Source: Burkholderiales bacterium
GTDB lineage: Bacteria; Pseudomonadota; Gammaproteobacteria; Burkholderiales; Burkholderiaceae_C
Length of the DNA: 44,402 nucleotides
Assembly (NCBI GenBank): GCA_005793295.1
Contig: SXSX01000150.1
Span: 1-44,402 of the forward strand
Direction: 5' to 3'
Shown here piece by piece: positions 1 through 11,251 of this stretch (positions within the stretch are counted from its first letter, which is position 1; each line of letters opens with the position of its first letter). Position numbers and translations under genes: made by a program. The notes beneath the pieces are model-generated. The model did not search any database and had not been told where the DNA came from. It was given only the letters and a program-made list of their open reading frames with translations.

Positions 1-111
1 CAAAACGCAGCCATGGTCGAAGAGGCGGCCGCTGCCGCCAATGCGCTGCGCGACCAGGCAAGCAGCCTGGAGCACGTGGTGAGCACGTTCAAAGTCAAAA
101 TTTCGGGTTGA
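1..111 (+). CDS. Methyl-accepting chemotaxis protein, C-terminal fragment (truncated by window edge)
   Basis: Frame 1 reads QNAAMVEEAAAAANALRDQASSLEHVVSTFKVKISG*, matching the MCP C-terminal methylation helix (QQNAA-VEE-AAAA-L-QA-L-V-F). Not in the ORF track. Confidence 0.85.
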   Translation, partial: QNAAMVEEAAAAANALRDQASSLEHVVSTFKVKISG

Positions 112-164
112 ACTGCGTGCCGCAAGCCTGGCCGTGCAGGCGGTTGGCCGGTTCAGACAGACAC

Positions 165-187
165 AAAAAAGCCCGCGTGAAGCGGGC
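165..187 (-). terminator. Rho-independent terminator of rpmB-rpmG
   Basis: Minus strand reads GCCCGC-TTCAC-GCGGGC followed by TTTTTT. Confidence 0.8.
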
Positions 188-195
188 CCTTCGAA

Positions 196-266
196 ATGAG
201 AGGACAGACCTGAAGGTCTGTCCCCTGGCTCTAGCATGAGAGGACAGAGCTAAAGATCTGTCCCCT
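196..266. repeat. Two tandem REP-like palindromic units (40-bp period)
   Basis: ATGAGAGGACAGACCTGAAGGTCTGTCCCCT (196-226) and ATGAGAGGACAGAGCTAAAGATCTGTCCCCT (236-266). Each has a GGACAGA...TCTGTCC inverted repeat. Confidence 0.75.
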
Positions 267-271
267 TGTCA

Positions 272-442
272 TTACTTCAGCTTCATTTCCTTGTAGTCCA
301 CATGCTTGCGAGCTTTGGGATCAAATTTCTTGATCAACATTTTCTCGGGCATGGTTTTCTTGTTTTTGCTGGTCGTATAAAAATGACCAGTGCCTGCTGT
401 AGATTCCAGCTTGATTTTTTCGCGTCCGCCTTTGGTTGCCAT
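272..442 (-). CDS. rpmG: 50S ribosomal protein L33 (Cys-free form)
   Basis: Manual translation gives [56 protein letters not shown] (56 aa). It lies directly downstream of rpmB with an AAGGAG RBS and is below the ORF-track size cutoff. Confidence 0.97.
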   Translation of the reverse strand: MATKGGREKIKLESTAGTGHFYTTSKNKKTMPEKMLIKKFDPKARKHVDYKEMKLK

Positions 443-453
443 GGTCTTGCTCC

Positions 454-687
454 TTATGCCTGGCCACGTGCGCGCAGGTCTGCGAGCACTGAATCGATAC
501 CGTTTTTGTCGATCAAACGCAGACCTGCGTTTGAGATTCGCAAACGGATCCAGCGATTTTCTGTTTCAACCCAGAAACGGCGGTATTGCAGGTTTGGTAG
601 AAACCGGCGCTTGGTTTTGTTGTTGGCGTGGGAAACATTGTTCCCTACCATCGGGCCTTTACCCGTGACTTGACATACGCGTGCCAT
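454..687 (-). CDS. rpmB: 50S ribosomal protein L28
   Basis: [34 protein letters not shown] is the L28 signature. Confidence 0.98.
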   Translation of the reverse strand: MARVCQVTGKGPMVGNNVSHANNKTKRRFLPNLQYRRFWVETENRWIRLRISNAGLRLIDKNGIDSVLADLRARGQA

Positions 688-835
688 AAGGACACTCCGA
701 TACTTTTAAACGGCAATTGCATAAAGCAAATGCCTCACCTCGCCAAAATGTGGGTGGCGGTAACCCATTGACTCGTCGCAGACCCTCACGAGCTAACGAC
801 AGCAAAGCGATCGATTATATCCAAAAGCGAGCAGC

Positions 836-1834
<999 letters not shown>

Positions 1835-1983
1835 TTAGGGGGCGTTACCCGCTAGACTCTCATAGCAAAAGCTTATTGTAAGAAATCGACCTTGCCCATA
1901 TCCTTTGGTGGTCGGTTGTTGACCTTGGGGTAAGCTCTCCTACTGTTGTTTTTGCCCTTGATGGGCCCTGAATTTCGACGCCA

Positions 1984-4332
1984 ATGACCTATTTGATCCA
2001 TACGCTGCATACCAATCGTTCAGAGCCTGCGCTACCCCCGAGCAGTTGGGAGCGTATTGCCAATGAGGGCGTTTTGGTCGTGGGCTTGGTTTTTTTGCTG
2101 TTTTGGGTGGTTGCACTCATCAGTTACACCCCCCAAGACACGGCTTGGACAACCTCAGGAACCGGTGCTGCTTTAGTGAACCGGGGTGGACGCCTGGGGG
2201 CTTGGATTGCCGATGTGAGTTATTTCTTGCTTGGGTATTCGGTCTGGTTGTGCGTCATTGTTGCGGCGCGTGCTTGGTTGTCGCTTCTCGCAAAAAGACT
2301 GCGGGCCAATACCGGACTTGAAGACGCTTATGGCCAAGATCCCGCAACTCGGACGTGGTGGCAAAGCCCCAATCTTATTTTTTGGTTTGGTTTACTGTTG
2401 ATGATCGATGCCAGCGCCGCCTTGGAGTGGACGCGGATGTATAGATTGGAAGGCCAGTTGCCCGGCCACAGTGGTGGAGTTTTGGGATATGTCTTGGGCC
2501 TTCAGTCGATGCAAAGTTTGGGCTTTGCGGGCTCGGGCTTGGTGTGTATTGGCTTGGCACTGCTGGGCATGTCTTGGACATTTAACTTTTCATGGGTTCG
2601 ACTGGCTGAGCAAATCGGTGCCTGGTTGGATGCGCGTTGGGAGTCACTGCGCGAACGGCGTGAGTTGGCGCAAGACATAGAGCTGGGCCAACAAGCAGTT
2701 CGGGAACGCGAAGAGGTGTTAGCTGAAAGTCGGGATGAGGTGGAAGTGCACATCCACGTTCCGCCCGTACTGGTTGAACCTGTATTGATGGATTTGCCAC
2801 CGAGTGCACGGGTCGCCAAAGAACGACAAAAGCCGTTGTTTTCTGAAATGCCTGACAGCAAACTGCCGCAAGTGGCCTTGTTAGACGGAGCCATCTTGCG
2901 TCAAGAGACCGTATCTGCCCAAACGCTGGAAATGACCAGCCGTATGATTGAGAAAAAACTCAAAGATTTTGGTGTTGAAGTGCGCGTGGTTCTCGCGCAA
3001 CCCGGGCCGGTCATTACGCGGTATGAAATTGAACCGGCCATCGGCGTCAAAGGTTCGCAAATTGTTGGTTTGGCTAAAGACTTGGCGCGCAGTTTGAGTT
3101 TGGTTTCTATTCGCGTGGTTGAGACCATCCCTGGCAAAAACTACATGGCCCTAGAGCTGCCAAACGCTAAACGCCAGTCTATTCGTTTGTCTGAAATTTT
3201 GGGGTCTCAGATCTACAACGAAGCCAAATCGATGCTCACGATGGGATTAGGTAAAGACATTATTGGAAATCCTGTGGTCGCCGATTTGGCCAAGATGCCA
3301 CACGTTTTGGTTGCTGGAACCACGGGTTCTGGAAAATCGGTGGGTATCAATGCCATGATTTTAAGTTTGCTCTACAAAGCAGAAGCCCGCGACGTTCGAC
3401 TTTTAATGATTGACCCCAAGATGCTGGAGATGTCGGTGTACGAAGGTATTCCGCATCTACTCGCTCCGGTGGTAACCGATATGCGCCAAGCCGCCCACGG
3501 TTTGAACTGGTGCGTGGCTGAAATGGATAAGCGTTACAAACTCATGAGCAAAATGGGTGTGCGTAATTTGGCTGGATTCAATGCCAAATTAGACGAGGCG
3601 ACTGCATCAGGGGAGTTTATTTACAACCCGTTTAGTTTGACGCCGGAAGCGCCTGAGCCCCTGCAAAGACTACCTCATATCGTAGTGGTGATTGACGAGT
3701 TAGCTGATCTAATGATGGTGGTCGGTAAAAAAATCGAGGAACTGATTGCCCGTTTGGCACAAAAGGCCCGCGCCGCCGGCATCCATTTGATTTTGGCAAC
3801 GCAGCGCCCCAGTGTCGACGTCATCACCGGTTTAATCAAAGCCAATATTCCTACTCGCATTGCATTTCAAGTGAGTAGCAAAATTGACAGCCGAACCATC
3901 CTAGATCAAATGGGGGCCGAAGCGCTCTTAGGTATGGGCGATATGTTGTACATGCCCAGTGGAACCGGTTTACCCATTCGAGTGCACGGCGCGTTTGTGA
4001 GCGACGAAGAGGTACACCGCGTTGTGAAATACCTGAAAGAGCAGGGCGGTGAGCCCAACTATGTGGAAGGTTTGCTTGAGGGTGGAACCGTCGAAGGCGA
4101 CGAGTTTGACGCTGATGGCGGTAGCACAAGTGAAAAAGATGTCCTGTATGACCAGGCCGTTGAAATTGTTTTGAAGAATCGCAAAGCCAGTATTTCGCTG
4201 GTCCAGCGGCATTTGAAAATTGGCTACAACCGCGCTGCTCGCTTGGTCGAGGACATGGAAAAAGCGGGCCTTGTGAGTTCGATGAGTGGTAGCGGGCAGC
4301 GTGAAATTTTGGTGCCGTCACGCGCTGAGTAG
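1984..4332 (+). CDS. ftsK: DNA translocase FtsK
   Basis: N-terminal TM segments, Walker [25 protein letters not shown] and the C-terminal gamma domain ([10 protein letters not shown]). Confidence 0.97.
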   Translation: MTYLIHTLHTNRSEPALPPSSWERIANEGVLVVGLVFLLFWVVALISYTPQDTAWTTSGTGAALVNRGGRLGAWIADVSYFLLGYSVWLCVIVAARAWLSLLAKRLRANTGLEDAYGQDPATRTWWQSPNLIFWFGLLLMIDASAALEWTRMYRLEGQLPGHSGGVLGYVLGLQSMQSLGFAGSGLVCIGLALLGMSWTFNFSWVRLAEQIGAWLDARWESLRERRELAQDIELGQQAVREREEVLAESRDEVEVHIHVPPVLVEPVLMDLPPSARVAKERQKPLFSEMPDSKLPQVALLDGAILRQETVSAQTLEMTSRMIEKKLKDFGVEVRVVLAQPGPVITRYEIEPAIGVKGSQIVGLAKDLARSLSLVSIRVVETIPGKNYMALELPNAKRQSIRLSEILGSQIYNEAKSMLTMGLGKDIIGNPVVADLAKMPHVLVAGTTGSGKSVGINAMILSLLYKAEARDVRLLMIDPKMLEMSVYEGIPHLLAPVVTDMRQAAHGLNWCVAEMDKRYKLMSKMGVRNLAGFNAKLDEATASGEFIYNPFSLTPEAPEPLQRLPHIVVVIDELADLMMVVGKKIEELIARLAQKARAAGIHLILATQRPSVDVITGLIKANIPTRIAFQVSSKIDSRTILDQMGAEALLGMGDMLYMPSGTGLPIRVHGAFVSDEEVHRVVKYLKEQGGEPNYVEGLLEGGTVEGDEFDADGGSTSEKDVLYDQAVEIVLKNRKASISLVQRHLKIGYNRAARLVEDMEKAGLVSSMSGSGQREILVPSRAE

Positions 4333-4371
4333 CGTAAAACGGATTCTCTGCGACCCCAATCCCAACAACCC

Positions 4372-5019
4372 ATGCGAATCTCAATTTCTATCGCGCTGAT
4401 CACAACTTGCCTGTCATTTTCTGCACAAGCCTCAGGCCTCGAAAGCCTAGAGTCTTTTATCAAAACAGTGAAGTCAGGTCGAGCCAGCTTTGTCCAAACG
4501 GCGACATCACCTGCCAAGGCCGGTCAGGTAGCGCAGGTTAAAACTTCAAGCGGGACGTTTGAGTTTATTCGCCCCAACCGGTTTCGGTTTTTGTACCAAA
4601 AACCGTTTGAACAATCGATTGTTGCCGACGGCCAAACCGTGTGGCTCTTTGATGTTGACCTCAACCAAGTGACTGCCCGTAAACAAGCCCAAGTCATGGG
4701 AAGTACGCCGATTGCTTTGATCGCTTCGGCGCCAGACTTGCGTGCCTTGCAAGCAGAGTTTTTGATAGCAGAAATCTCATCGAACGACAAGAGCAGTGAA
4801 GGCTTGCAATGGGTGCTCGCCACACCACGTTCTAAAGACAACGCTCTTCGCAGTGTCCGAATTGGATTTAAGGGAAATACTTTGGCAGTGCTTGAAATGG
4901 AGGACAGTTTTGGCCAGCAGTCTGTTCTTCGTTTTTCTTCTCTTGAATTAAACGCAGGCTTAGACGCAGCTATATTTGCCTTTAAGCCCCCCGCGGGTGC
5001 TGATGTGATTCGACAGTAG
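4372..5019 (+). CDS. lolA: Outer-membrane lipoprotein chaperone LolA
   Basis: Signal peptide, RPNRFRF-Y-KPFEQ-IVADG motif, canonical position after ftsK. Confidence 0.93.
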   Translation: MRISISIALITTCLSFSAQASGLESLESFIKTVKSGRASFVQTATSPAKAGQVAQVKTSSGTFEFIRPNRFRFLYQKPFEQSIVADGQTVWLFDVDLNQVTARKQAQVMGSTPIALIASAPDLRALQAEFLIAEISSNDKSSEGLQWVLATPRSKDNALRSVRIGFKGNTLAVLEMEDSFGQQSVLRFSSLELNAGLDAAIFAFKPPAGADVIRQ

Positions 5020-5022
5020 ATA

Positions 5023-5044
5023 GAGGGCGCAATTCAGCGCCCTC
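5023..5044. terminator. Hairpin between convergent lolA and dehydrogenase genes
   Basis: GAGGGCGC-AATTCA-GCGCCCTC, a perfect 8-bp stem. There is no strong U-tract, so a terminator role is uncertain. Confidence 0.5.
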
Positions 5045-5047
5045 AAT

Positions 5048-5998
5048 TCAGTGCTCTGAGGGGTGTTTTACTTCCCAGGGAGGCGTCCAGTCCCCAGCAA
5101 CACGCAGATTAATTTCTGCGTCATCCTCAAGCACTTTACACACAGTCATCTCTCCGGCGGCCTTGCCGTAACGCGCCTGTGCGAGTTCAAAACGTTGGTG
5201 AGTAGCGCGGGTGAGTTCGTTGCGTGTACCCATTTGTTGCACCAACTCATCGATGAGGCCCAAGTCTTTTAAGCACAACTCTAGGCGAAATGATGGGTCG
5301 TAGTGCCCCGCAAAAATGGATGGTACGTCATGCTGCATGACAAAGCTTTCAGCGGCGCCGCCTTTCATGGCGCTCCACCAGACTGCAGGCTCTATGCCTG
5401 CGAGTTTGGCTGTCACCATGGCCTCTCCGATTGCGGCTGCATGGATAAGCCAAAGCTGGTTGTTTACCAGTTTGGCAACATAGCCATTTCCATAAGCACC
5501 TACCCTGCGGATTTCCCCGACTAATTTCAAAACGGGCTCCACGAAATGGATTGCAGCGTCAGTTCCGCCTACGAAGAGGATCATGTCCCCGCGGATAGCG
5601 GAGTCAATCGATCCTGTGACAGGGGAGTCTACAGGCATGCCACCTGTAGCTTCAAATTCTGCGCCTAATTCACGCATCAGCTTTGGGCTGCTGGTGGTCA
5701 TGTCAATCCAAGCTTTGCCCCTACATTGCGTACTCAAAAAGCCGTGTGGTCCACGAACCACTTGTTCAATTTCTTTGGGCCCGAAAACCATCGTAAATAC
5801 AATATCAACCGCATCTAAAACGGCTGCGGGTGTTGCCGCCCATTGCGCACCCTCATCCATAAATTTTTTTGCTGCATCTGGGTTAATATCAAAAACAACG
5901 AGGCTGTGGCCTGCACGTTGTACGTTTCGCGCTGCTGCGGAACCCATATTTCCGAGGCCAATAAATCCAATTTTCAAAATAGTTTCTCCACTGGGCAT
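5048..5998 (-). CDS. NAD(P)-dependent oxidoreductase, beta-hydroxyacid dehydrogenase (3-hydroxyisobutyrate DH) family; substrate unknown
   Basis: GFIGLGNMG Rossmann motif, DSPVTGS (DAPVSGG-like), catalytic Lys in AKLVNN, and F-L-LC-KDLGL. Confidence 0.88.
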   Translation of the reverse strand: MPSGETILKIGFIGLGNMGSAAARNVQRAGHSLVVFDINPDAAKKFMDEGAQWAATPAAVLDAVDIVFTMVFGPKEIEQVVRGPHGFLSTQCRGKAWIDMTTSSPKLMRELGAEFEATGGMPVDSPVTGSIDSAIRGDMILFVGGTDAAIHFVEPVLKLVGEIRRVGAYGNGYVAKLVNNQLWLIHAAAIGEAMVTAKLAGIEPAVWWSAMKGGAAESFVMQHDVPSIFAGHYDPSFRLELCLKDLGLIDELVQQMGTRNELTRATHQRFELAQARYGKAAGEMTVCKVLEDDAEINLRVAGDWTPPWEVKHPSEH

Positions 5999-6030
5999 GT
6001 GTGTATGCTCAAAAGTTCCGGTGATTCATT

Positions 6031-6059
6031 CTTGGCGCCCCAATCTGCGGGGCGCCAAG
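6031..6059 (-). other. Intergenic stem-loop downstream of the binding-protein gene (possible mRNA stabiliser or partial terminator)
   Basis: CTTGGCGCCCC-N7-GGGGCGCCAAG, a perfect 11-bp stem. Confidence 0.55.
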
Positions 6060-6080
6060 GTCAGTGACGACGGTAGAGGC

Positions 6081-7649
6081 TTAGGCGAACCAGCCCTTTT
6101 CAGCCAAACGGTTATCGTTCATGTCATAACGCGCATGCGATTCCAAGCCGCGCAATTTGGTGCTGCTGCCATCCATTTGGTCACCCACCGCAAAGCACAC
6201 CATTCCGGCGTCCTCTGAAATGATGCGTTGGCTCTCGGCATACATTTCTTTGCGCTTTTTCTCGTTGAGTTCAACGCGTGCGGAGATCACTAATTTGTCA
6301 AGTGCTGGACTTTTGAAGTGGGTGTCGTTCCAAGCGCCACCTGACAAAAACTGGGTGGAAATTTGCAAATCTGCCGTAGGCCGGTTGCCCCAAAAGACAG
6401 AGCAAAACGGAACCTTCATCCAAACGTTGTCCCAATACCCGTCCCCCGAAACCCGCTTGACTTCCATTGAAATTCCTGCTTTCTTGAGAGATTCTTGGAA
6501 CATCACGCCAGAATCCGTTGAGCCTGAATAGCAGCCCTCCGACACCTGTACTTCAAGGGAGGCGGACGTACCCGCCTTTTTAAAGTGAAATGCGGCACGA
6601 TCAGGATCGTACGACTTGGCTTTCAATGCTGCGTTGTAAAAACGGTCTGCTGGCCCCACTGTTTGGTCATTACCCATCGAAGCGTAACCAGAAAACACGT
6701 TGTCGATAATTTTTTGGCGATCAATTCCGTACTTCAGACCGAGCATCAGATCGTGATTTTTATAGGGTTCAACGTCGACCAATGCGACGAATCCGAAACG
6801 GTTACCCGTGCCTTTGGTTCGAGTGATATTGATATTTTTATTTTTAGAAAGCAAGGCGACCGTTTTGGGATTTAACCGGTTAACCGCATCGACTTGGCCC
6901 GTAACCAAGGCCTGGGTTCGAGCTGCCGCATCTCCGATGTAGCGAAGCTCAACGCTGTCAAAGTTACCCCTTCCGGCCTTCCAGTAATTGCCAGCCTTGC
7001 GCTTGGCCACGATACGCACCCCAGGTTGCCATTCAACCAAGGTGTAAGCTCCAGTTCCATCGGGCTTAGAGAAATCAGTGGTTCCATTTGGAACAATCAG
7101 TAGGTGGTAATCGGACAATACAAACGGCAAGTCCGCATTGCCAGTTTTCATCGTGATTTGAACTTGGTGCGAAGAGAGTTTTTTGATCTCTGTGATGGGT
7201 TCCAAGATGCCTTTGGCTGGCGATTTTGTTTCTCCGCGGTGCAAGTTAATCGAATAAATCACGTCATCGGCATCTAGCGTTTTACCGGACGTAAAAGTGA
7301 TTCCCTTACGGATATTGAAAATCCATTCAGCGGCACCGGCCTTGGACTCCCAACTTTCTGCCAATTCAGGGGTGGCATTGCCTTTGGAATCAATCTCGAC
7401 CAATTGATTCCAAAACATCAAGCTGTAGGAAATGGGGATCGAGTCTGCGTAGGTTCTTGGATCGAGGCTGTCAGATGCGGAGCCGCCTTCCATGCCAAGC
7501 CGTAAAACACCGCCTTTTTTAGGCTTGTCTTGTGCCTGAACAGGCAAGGCTGAAAAGGCAGTCGCAAGTCCAACAGCCGCAGATCCTGCAAGCAGTTGCC
7601 TGCGGTCTAGACCCAATGAAGTTACCTCAGGGGTGATTTGATTTGTCAT
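6081..7649 (-). CDS. ABC transporter substrate-binding protein, family 5 (Dpp/Opp/Nik type), with Tat signal
   Basis: DRRQLL twin-arginine signal, PKKGGVLRLG, DSLDP, PELAESWE...W-F-IRKG-TF-SGK-LDADDV-YS family-5 signature. Confidence 0.9.
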   Translation of the reverse strand: MTNQITPEVTSLGLDRRQLLAGSAAVGLATAFSALPVQAQDKPKKGGVLRLGMEGGSASDSLDPRTYADSIPISYSLMFWNQLVEIDSKGNATPELAESWESKAGAAEWIFNIRKGITFTSGKTLDADDVIYSINLHRGETKSPAKGILEPITEIKKLSSHQVQITMKTGNADLPFVLSDYHLLIVPNGTTDFSKPDGTGAYTLVEWQPGVRIVAKRKAGNYWKAGRGNFDSVELRYIGDAAARTQALVTGQVDAVNRLNPKTVALLSKNKNINITRTKGTGNRFGFVALVDVEPYKNHDLMLGLKYGIDRQKIIDNVFSGYASMGNDQTVGPADRFYNAALKAKSYDPDRAAFHFKKAGTSASLEVQVSEGCYSGSTDSGVMFQESLKKAGISMEVKRVSGDGYWDNVWMKVPFCSVFWGNRPTADLQISTQFLSGGAWNDTHFKSPALDKLVISARVELNEKKRKEMYAESQRIISEDAGMVCFAVGDQMDGSSTKLRGLESHARYDMNDNRLAEKGWFA

Positions 7650-7773
7650 TTTTCGTTGTCTCCTCGTAATGATGTGTTAAGTTTTCATCGCAAAAATTCG
7701 CCCCAAAGTGGGAGCGCAGCTTCAATGTAGGAGCCTCAGAAGATGAATGCAAACGAATAATTGTTATGCTCTG

Positions 7774-7790
7774 TATCAGATATTCTGATA
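7774..7790. promoter_or_regulatory. Probable LysR recognition site
   Basis: TATCAGA-TAT-TCTGATA, a perfect palindrome containing ATC-N9-GAT (T-N11-A), in the divergent SBP/LysR intergenic region. Confidence 0.7.
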
Positions 7791-7806
7791 AAAGGGGCGT
7801 CCGACA

Positions 7807-8694
7807 ATGTTGAAGTACCTTGATCTTGCGTTGCTGCAGGCATTTGCTGCCGTGGTTGACAGTGGCAGCTTCACCCGAGCCGCTCAGTACCTATGCCGAA
7901 CCCAGTCGGCCGTCAGTATGCAGTTGCGAAAGCTGGAAGACCTAGCTGGTCATGCACTGCTTTTGCGTGACAGCCGGAAGATCGTTCTCACTGAAGAGGG
8001 GGACATTCTTTTGGGTTATGCCCGCCGCATGATTCGCCTCAATGAGGAAGCTTTGGTGGCACTGAACCAACCCCACGCCCAGGGCCATGTCCGCTTGGGT
8101 ATGCCCGATGATTACGCGCACCAATTTTTGCCCGGCGTATTAACCCATTTTGCGCATGCCTACCCCCGGGTGCAACTGGAGGTGATTGGCGCTTTGAGTG
8201 GTGAACTATTGGATCGGGTCGAAGCGGGAAACTTGGATGTCGCTTTAATAACCCGCCAGCCTAACCGCCGACGTGGCAAGGTGCTGCGAACCGAACACTT
8301 GGTTTGGGCGGGTTCTCGCCAACACCGCGCCTTCGAATCAACACCTTTGCCCTTGGCTTTATTTCCTGATGGTTGTGTCTTTCGTGCTCACGCTCTTGCT
8401 GCTTTAGATGCCGATAGCATTCCTTGGAGGATTGCTTATACAAGCCAAAGTTTTGCGGGAGGGAAAATCGCAGTTTCCAGTGGGTTGGCACTGACGGTTG
8501 TAGCGCAAAGCATGGTCCCGCCTGAATGGCGTGTATTTGGTGCTGAATATCAACTGCCTCGCTTGCCGGAAATTGAAATCGCTTTGCACCGTGCACCTGG
8601 AACGCTAGCACCAGCGGTTGCTTTGCTTGAAACGCAATTGGTTGAGGCGGTTCAAATGGATCAAGCCGCTTATTCGGCCGATGAGTCATGTTAA
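7807..8694 (+). CDS. LysR-family transcriptional regulator
   Basis: N-terminal HTH (GSFTRAAQYLCRTQSAVSMQLRKLE), 295 aa, divergent from the SBP gene. Confidence 0.95.
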   Translation: MLKYLDLALLQAFAAVVDSGSFTRAAQYLCRTQSAVSMQLRKLEDLAGHALLLRDSRKIVLTEEGDILLGYARRMIRLNEEALVALNQPHAQGHVRLGMPDDYAHQFLPGVLTHFAHAYPRVQLEVIGALSGELLDRVEAGNLDVALITRQPNRRRGKVLRTEHLVWAGSRQHRAFESTPLPLALFPDGCVFRAHALAALDADSIPWRIAYTSQSFAGGKIAVSSGLALTVVAQSMVPPEWRVFGAEYQLPRLPEIEIALHRAPGTLAPAVALLETQLVEAVQMDQAAYSADESC

Positions 8695-8759
8695 AAAATT
8701 CGCAAGCCGTTGTTGAAAAGGCTTCGCCTACACTTTACTTTTTTAATCGAGATTAGCGC

Positions 8760-10067
8760 GTGGCGACTCCTTCCACCCCCAGTAAGCACCAGCCCTTGGC
8801 TGAAAGCTTGCGCCCCAAGACTTTGGGCGAAGTCATTGGTCAACAGCATTTGTTAGGCCAAGGTATGGCTTTGCGCTTGGCCTTTGAATCTGGTCAACCG
8901 CATAGTTGTATTTTGTGGGGCCCGCCAGGGGTAGGGAAAACAACAATTGCACGACTGATGGCAGATGCGTTCGATGCGCAGTTCATCACGATCAGTGCAG
9001 TTTTGGGAGGGATCAAAGAAATCCGAGAGGCTGTTGAACAGGCCCAAACGGCCCGTGGAGGTCTCGAACAGCGCGGAACGATTGTTTTTGTAGACGAGGT
9101 TCACCGCTTTAACAAGAGTCAGCAAGATGCATTTTTGCCCCATGTGGAGAGTGGCTTGTTTACCTTTATTGGTGCCACCACAGAAAATCCCTCTTTTGAG
9201 GTGAATTCAGCTTTGTTGTCTCGGGCCGCAGTTTATGTATTGCAGCCTTTGGCTGCAGAGGACTTAAAACGGATTGTGACCACCGCCCAAGCACACTCGG
9301 CGTTGCCTGAGATAGAAGCCCAAGCGGTTGACCGTTTGATTGGCTATGCCGATGGCGATGCAAGGCGGCTACTTAACACGGTTGAAACTTTGTCGGTTGC
9401 AGCCAAGCAAGATCGAATCGAGGCCATAAGCGATGAGTGGTTGCTCAAAGTCTTGGGTGAGCGTATGCGTCGTTACGACAAGGGCGGCGAACAGTTTTAT
9501 GACTCTATCTCGGCGTTGCACAAATCCGTGCGGGGTTCAGACCCCGATGCAGCACTGTATTGGTTCGTTCGCATGCTCGATGGTGGTGCAGATCCGCGGT
9601 ATTTGGCCCGACGAATGATTCGAATGGCGAGTGAAGATATTGGTTTGGCCGATCCCCGGGCTTTGAGAATGGCCTTAGATGCATCGGATGTTTACGAGCG
9701 TTTGGGTACTCCCGAAGGCGAGCTCACATTGGCCCAATGCGTGGTGTATTTGGCCGTAGCGCCCAAATCCAATGCGGTTTACAAAGCCTATAACGAGGCG
9801 AAGGCCTGGGTTAAAAAAGATGGGAGTCGGCCTGTTCCTATGCATTTGCGTAACGCACCAACGAAACTGATGAAGGATTTGGAATACGGTAAAAATTACC
9901 GTTACGCTCACGACGAAGAGGGTGGATTTGCGGCCGGGGAGCAGTATTTGCCCCAAGGTTTAGAAGATCTGCAGTTTTACCGTCCGGTTGAGCGTGGTCT
10001 GGAAATCCGTATCTCAGAAAAATTGCGTGAACTTAAAGCGCGTAACCGCAACTCTACGCCGCAGTAA
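8760..10067 (+). CDS. rarA: Replication-associated recombination protein A (RarA/MgsA)
   Basis: [49 protein letters not shown]. Confidence 0.96.
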   Translation: MATPSTPSKHQPLAESLRPKTLGEVIGQQHLLGQGMALRLAFESGQPHSCILWGPPGVGKTTIARLMADAFDAQFITISAVLGGIKEIREAVEQAQTARGGLEQRGTIVFVDEVHRFNKSQQDAFLPHVESGLFTFIGATTENPSFEVNSALLSRAAVYVLQPLAAEDLKRIVTTAQAHSALPEIEAQAVDRLIGYADGDARRLLNTVETLSVAAKQDRIEAISDEWLLKVLGERMRRYDKGGEQFYDSISALHKSVRGSDPDAALYWFVRMLDGGADPRYLARRMIRMASEDIGLADPRALRMALDASDVYERLGTPEGELTLAQCVVYLAVAPKSNAVYKAYNEAKAWVKKDGSRPVPMHLRNAPTKLMKDLEYGKNYRYAHDEEGGFAAGEQYLPQGLEDLQFYRPVERGLEIRISEKLRELKARNRNSTPQ

Positions 10068-10308
10068 TAGCAGAAAAACTGATCGCGCATGAAAAGCGTA
10101 AACAGTTTTACAAATAAGCCTTTTTCAAGGGTAAACCCATACCGCAGAGAGTCGCTTTGCTCTGACGAGGTCGTTAGAATCTCGGTCTGCGACAGCCGGT
10201 AGACCCTAAACCATCGGGATGGGTCGAAATATTGCTATCAATGGCGTGACGCCACCAGTGTTCGCGGCCAAATCGGTTCAAACACAAGAACTTCGGAGTT
10301 GTTTTTTT

Positions 10309-11238
10309 ATGGATATTTTTATACAGCAGGTCATCAACGGCCTGGTGCTGGGCAGCATGTATGCGCTTATTGCCTTGGGTTACACCATGGTTTACGGCAT
10401 CATCAATTTGATTAATTTTGCTCACGGTGAGGTGATGATGGTTGGTGCGCTAACCAGTTGGAGCATCATTGGTGTGATGCAAGAGGCCATGCCTGGTACG
10501 CCTGGCCCTGTCATTCTTCTGATCGCCCTCCTTATTTCTTGCGTCGTGGCGGCAACACTGAATTTTGTGATTGAAAAAGTGGCTTATCGCCCTTTGCGCA
10601 ATAGCCCGAAGTTGGCTCCTCTGATTACTGCTATCGGCATGTCCATCTTGCTGCAAACCTTAGCCATGATCATTTGGAAACCTAACTACAAGTCCTACCC
10701 CACCTTGCTTCCTACAACGCCTATCAATATCGCTGGCGCAGTGATCACGCCCACCCAGGTCATGATACTGGGCGTAACCGCAGTTTCTTTGGCACTGTTG
10801 ATGTGGTTGGTGAATTACACCAAACTCGGCCGCGCAATGCGCGCAACCGCTGAGAATCCACGCGTTGCGGGCCTGATGGGTGTCAAACCCGATATGGTTA
10901 TTTCAGCGACCTTTGTGATTGGTGCGGTTTTGGCCGCTATTGCCGGTGTGATGTACGCCTCTAATTACGGAACAGCGCAGCACGCAATGGGCTTCTTGCC
11001 AGGCTTAAAAGCTTTTACTGCCGCCGTGTTTGGCGGCATTGGTAACTTAGCTGGTGCGGTGGTCGGTGCTATTTTGTTGGGACTGATTGAGTCCATTGGT
11101 GCAGGGTATATCGGTGAACTCACCGGCGGAATTTTGGGAAGCCATTACTCTGATATTTTTGCGTTCATTGTGCTTATCGTCGTTCTTACTTTGCGCCCCT
11201 CAGGCTTGCTAGGTGAGCGCGTAGCAGACCGCGCTTAA
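10309..11238 (+). CDS. livH: Branched-chain amino acid ABC transporter permease LivH
   Basis: QQ-INGLVLGSMYALIALGYTMVYGI-INFAHG motif. Start moved to ATG 10309, which has GGAG upstream. Confidence 0.92.
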   Translation: MDIFIQQVINGLVLGSMYALIALGYTMVYGIINLINFAHGEVMMVGALTSWSIIGVMQEAMPGTPGPVILLIALLISCVVAATLNFVIEKVAYRPLRNSPKLAPLITAIGMSILLQTLAMIIWKPNYKSYPTLLPTTPINIAGAVITPTQVMILGVTAVSLALLMWLVNYTKLGRAMRATAENPRVAGLMGVKPDMVISATFVIGAVLAAIAGVMYASNYGTAQHAMGFLPGLKAFTAAVFGGIGNLAGAVVGAILLGLIESIGAGYIGELTGGILGSHYSDIFAFIVLIVVLTLRPSGLLGERVADRA

Positions 11239-11251
11239 GGAGGCCATCACT

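Noticed and set aside
196-266. Possible mini CRISPR array
   Set aside because: Only two units with a 9-bp gap and no cas genes; fits REP-like palindromes better.
6081-7649. Orphan SBP as the missing binding protein for either Liv-type transporter
   Set aside because: Family-5 (Dpp/Opp) SBPs dock with Dpp/Opp-type permeases, not LivHM-type ones.
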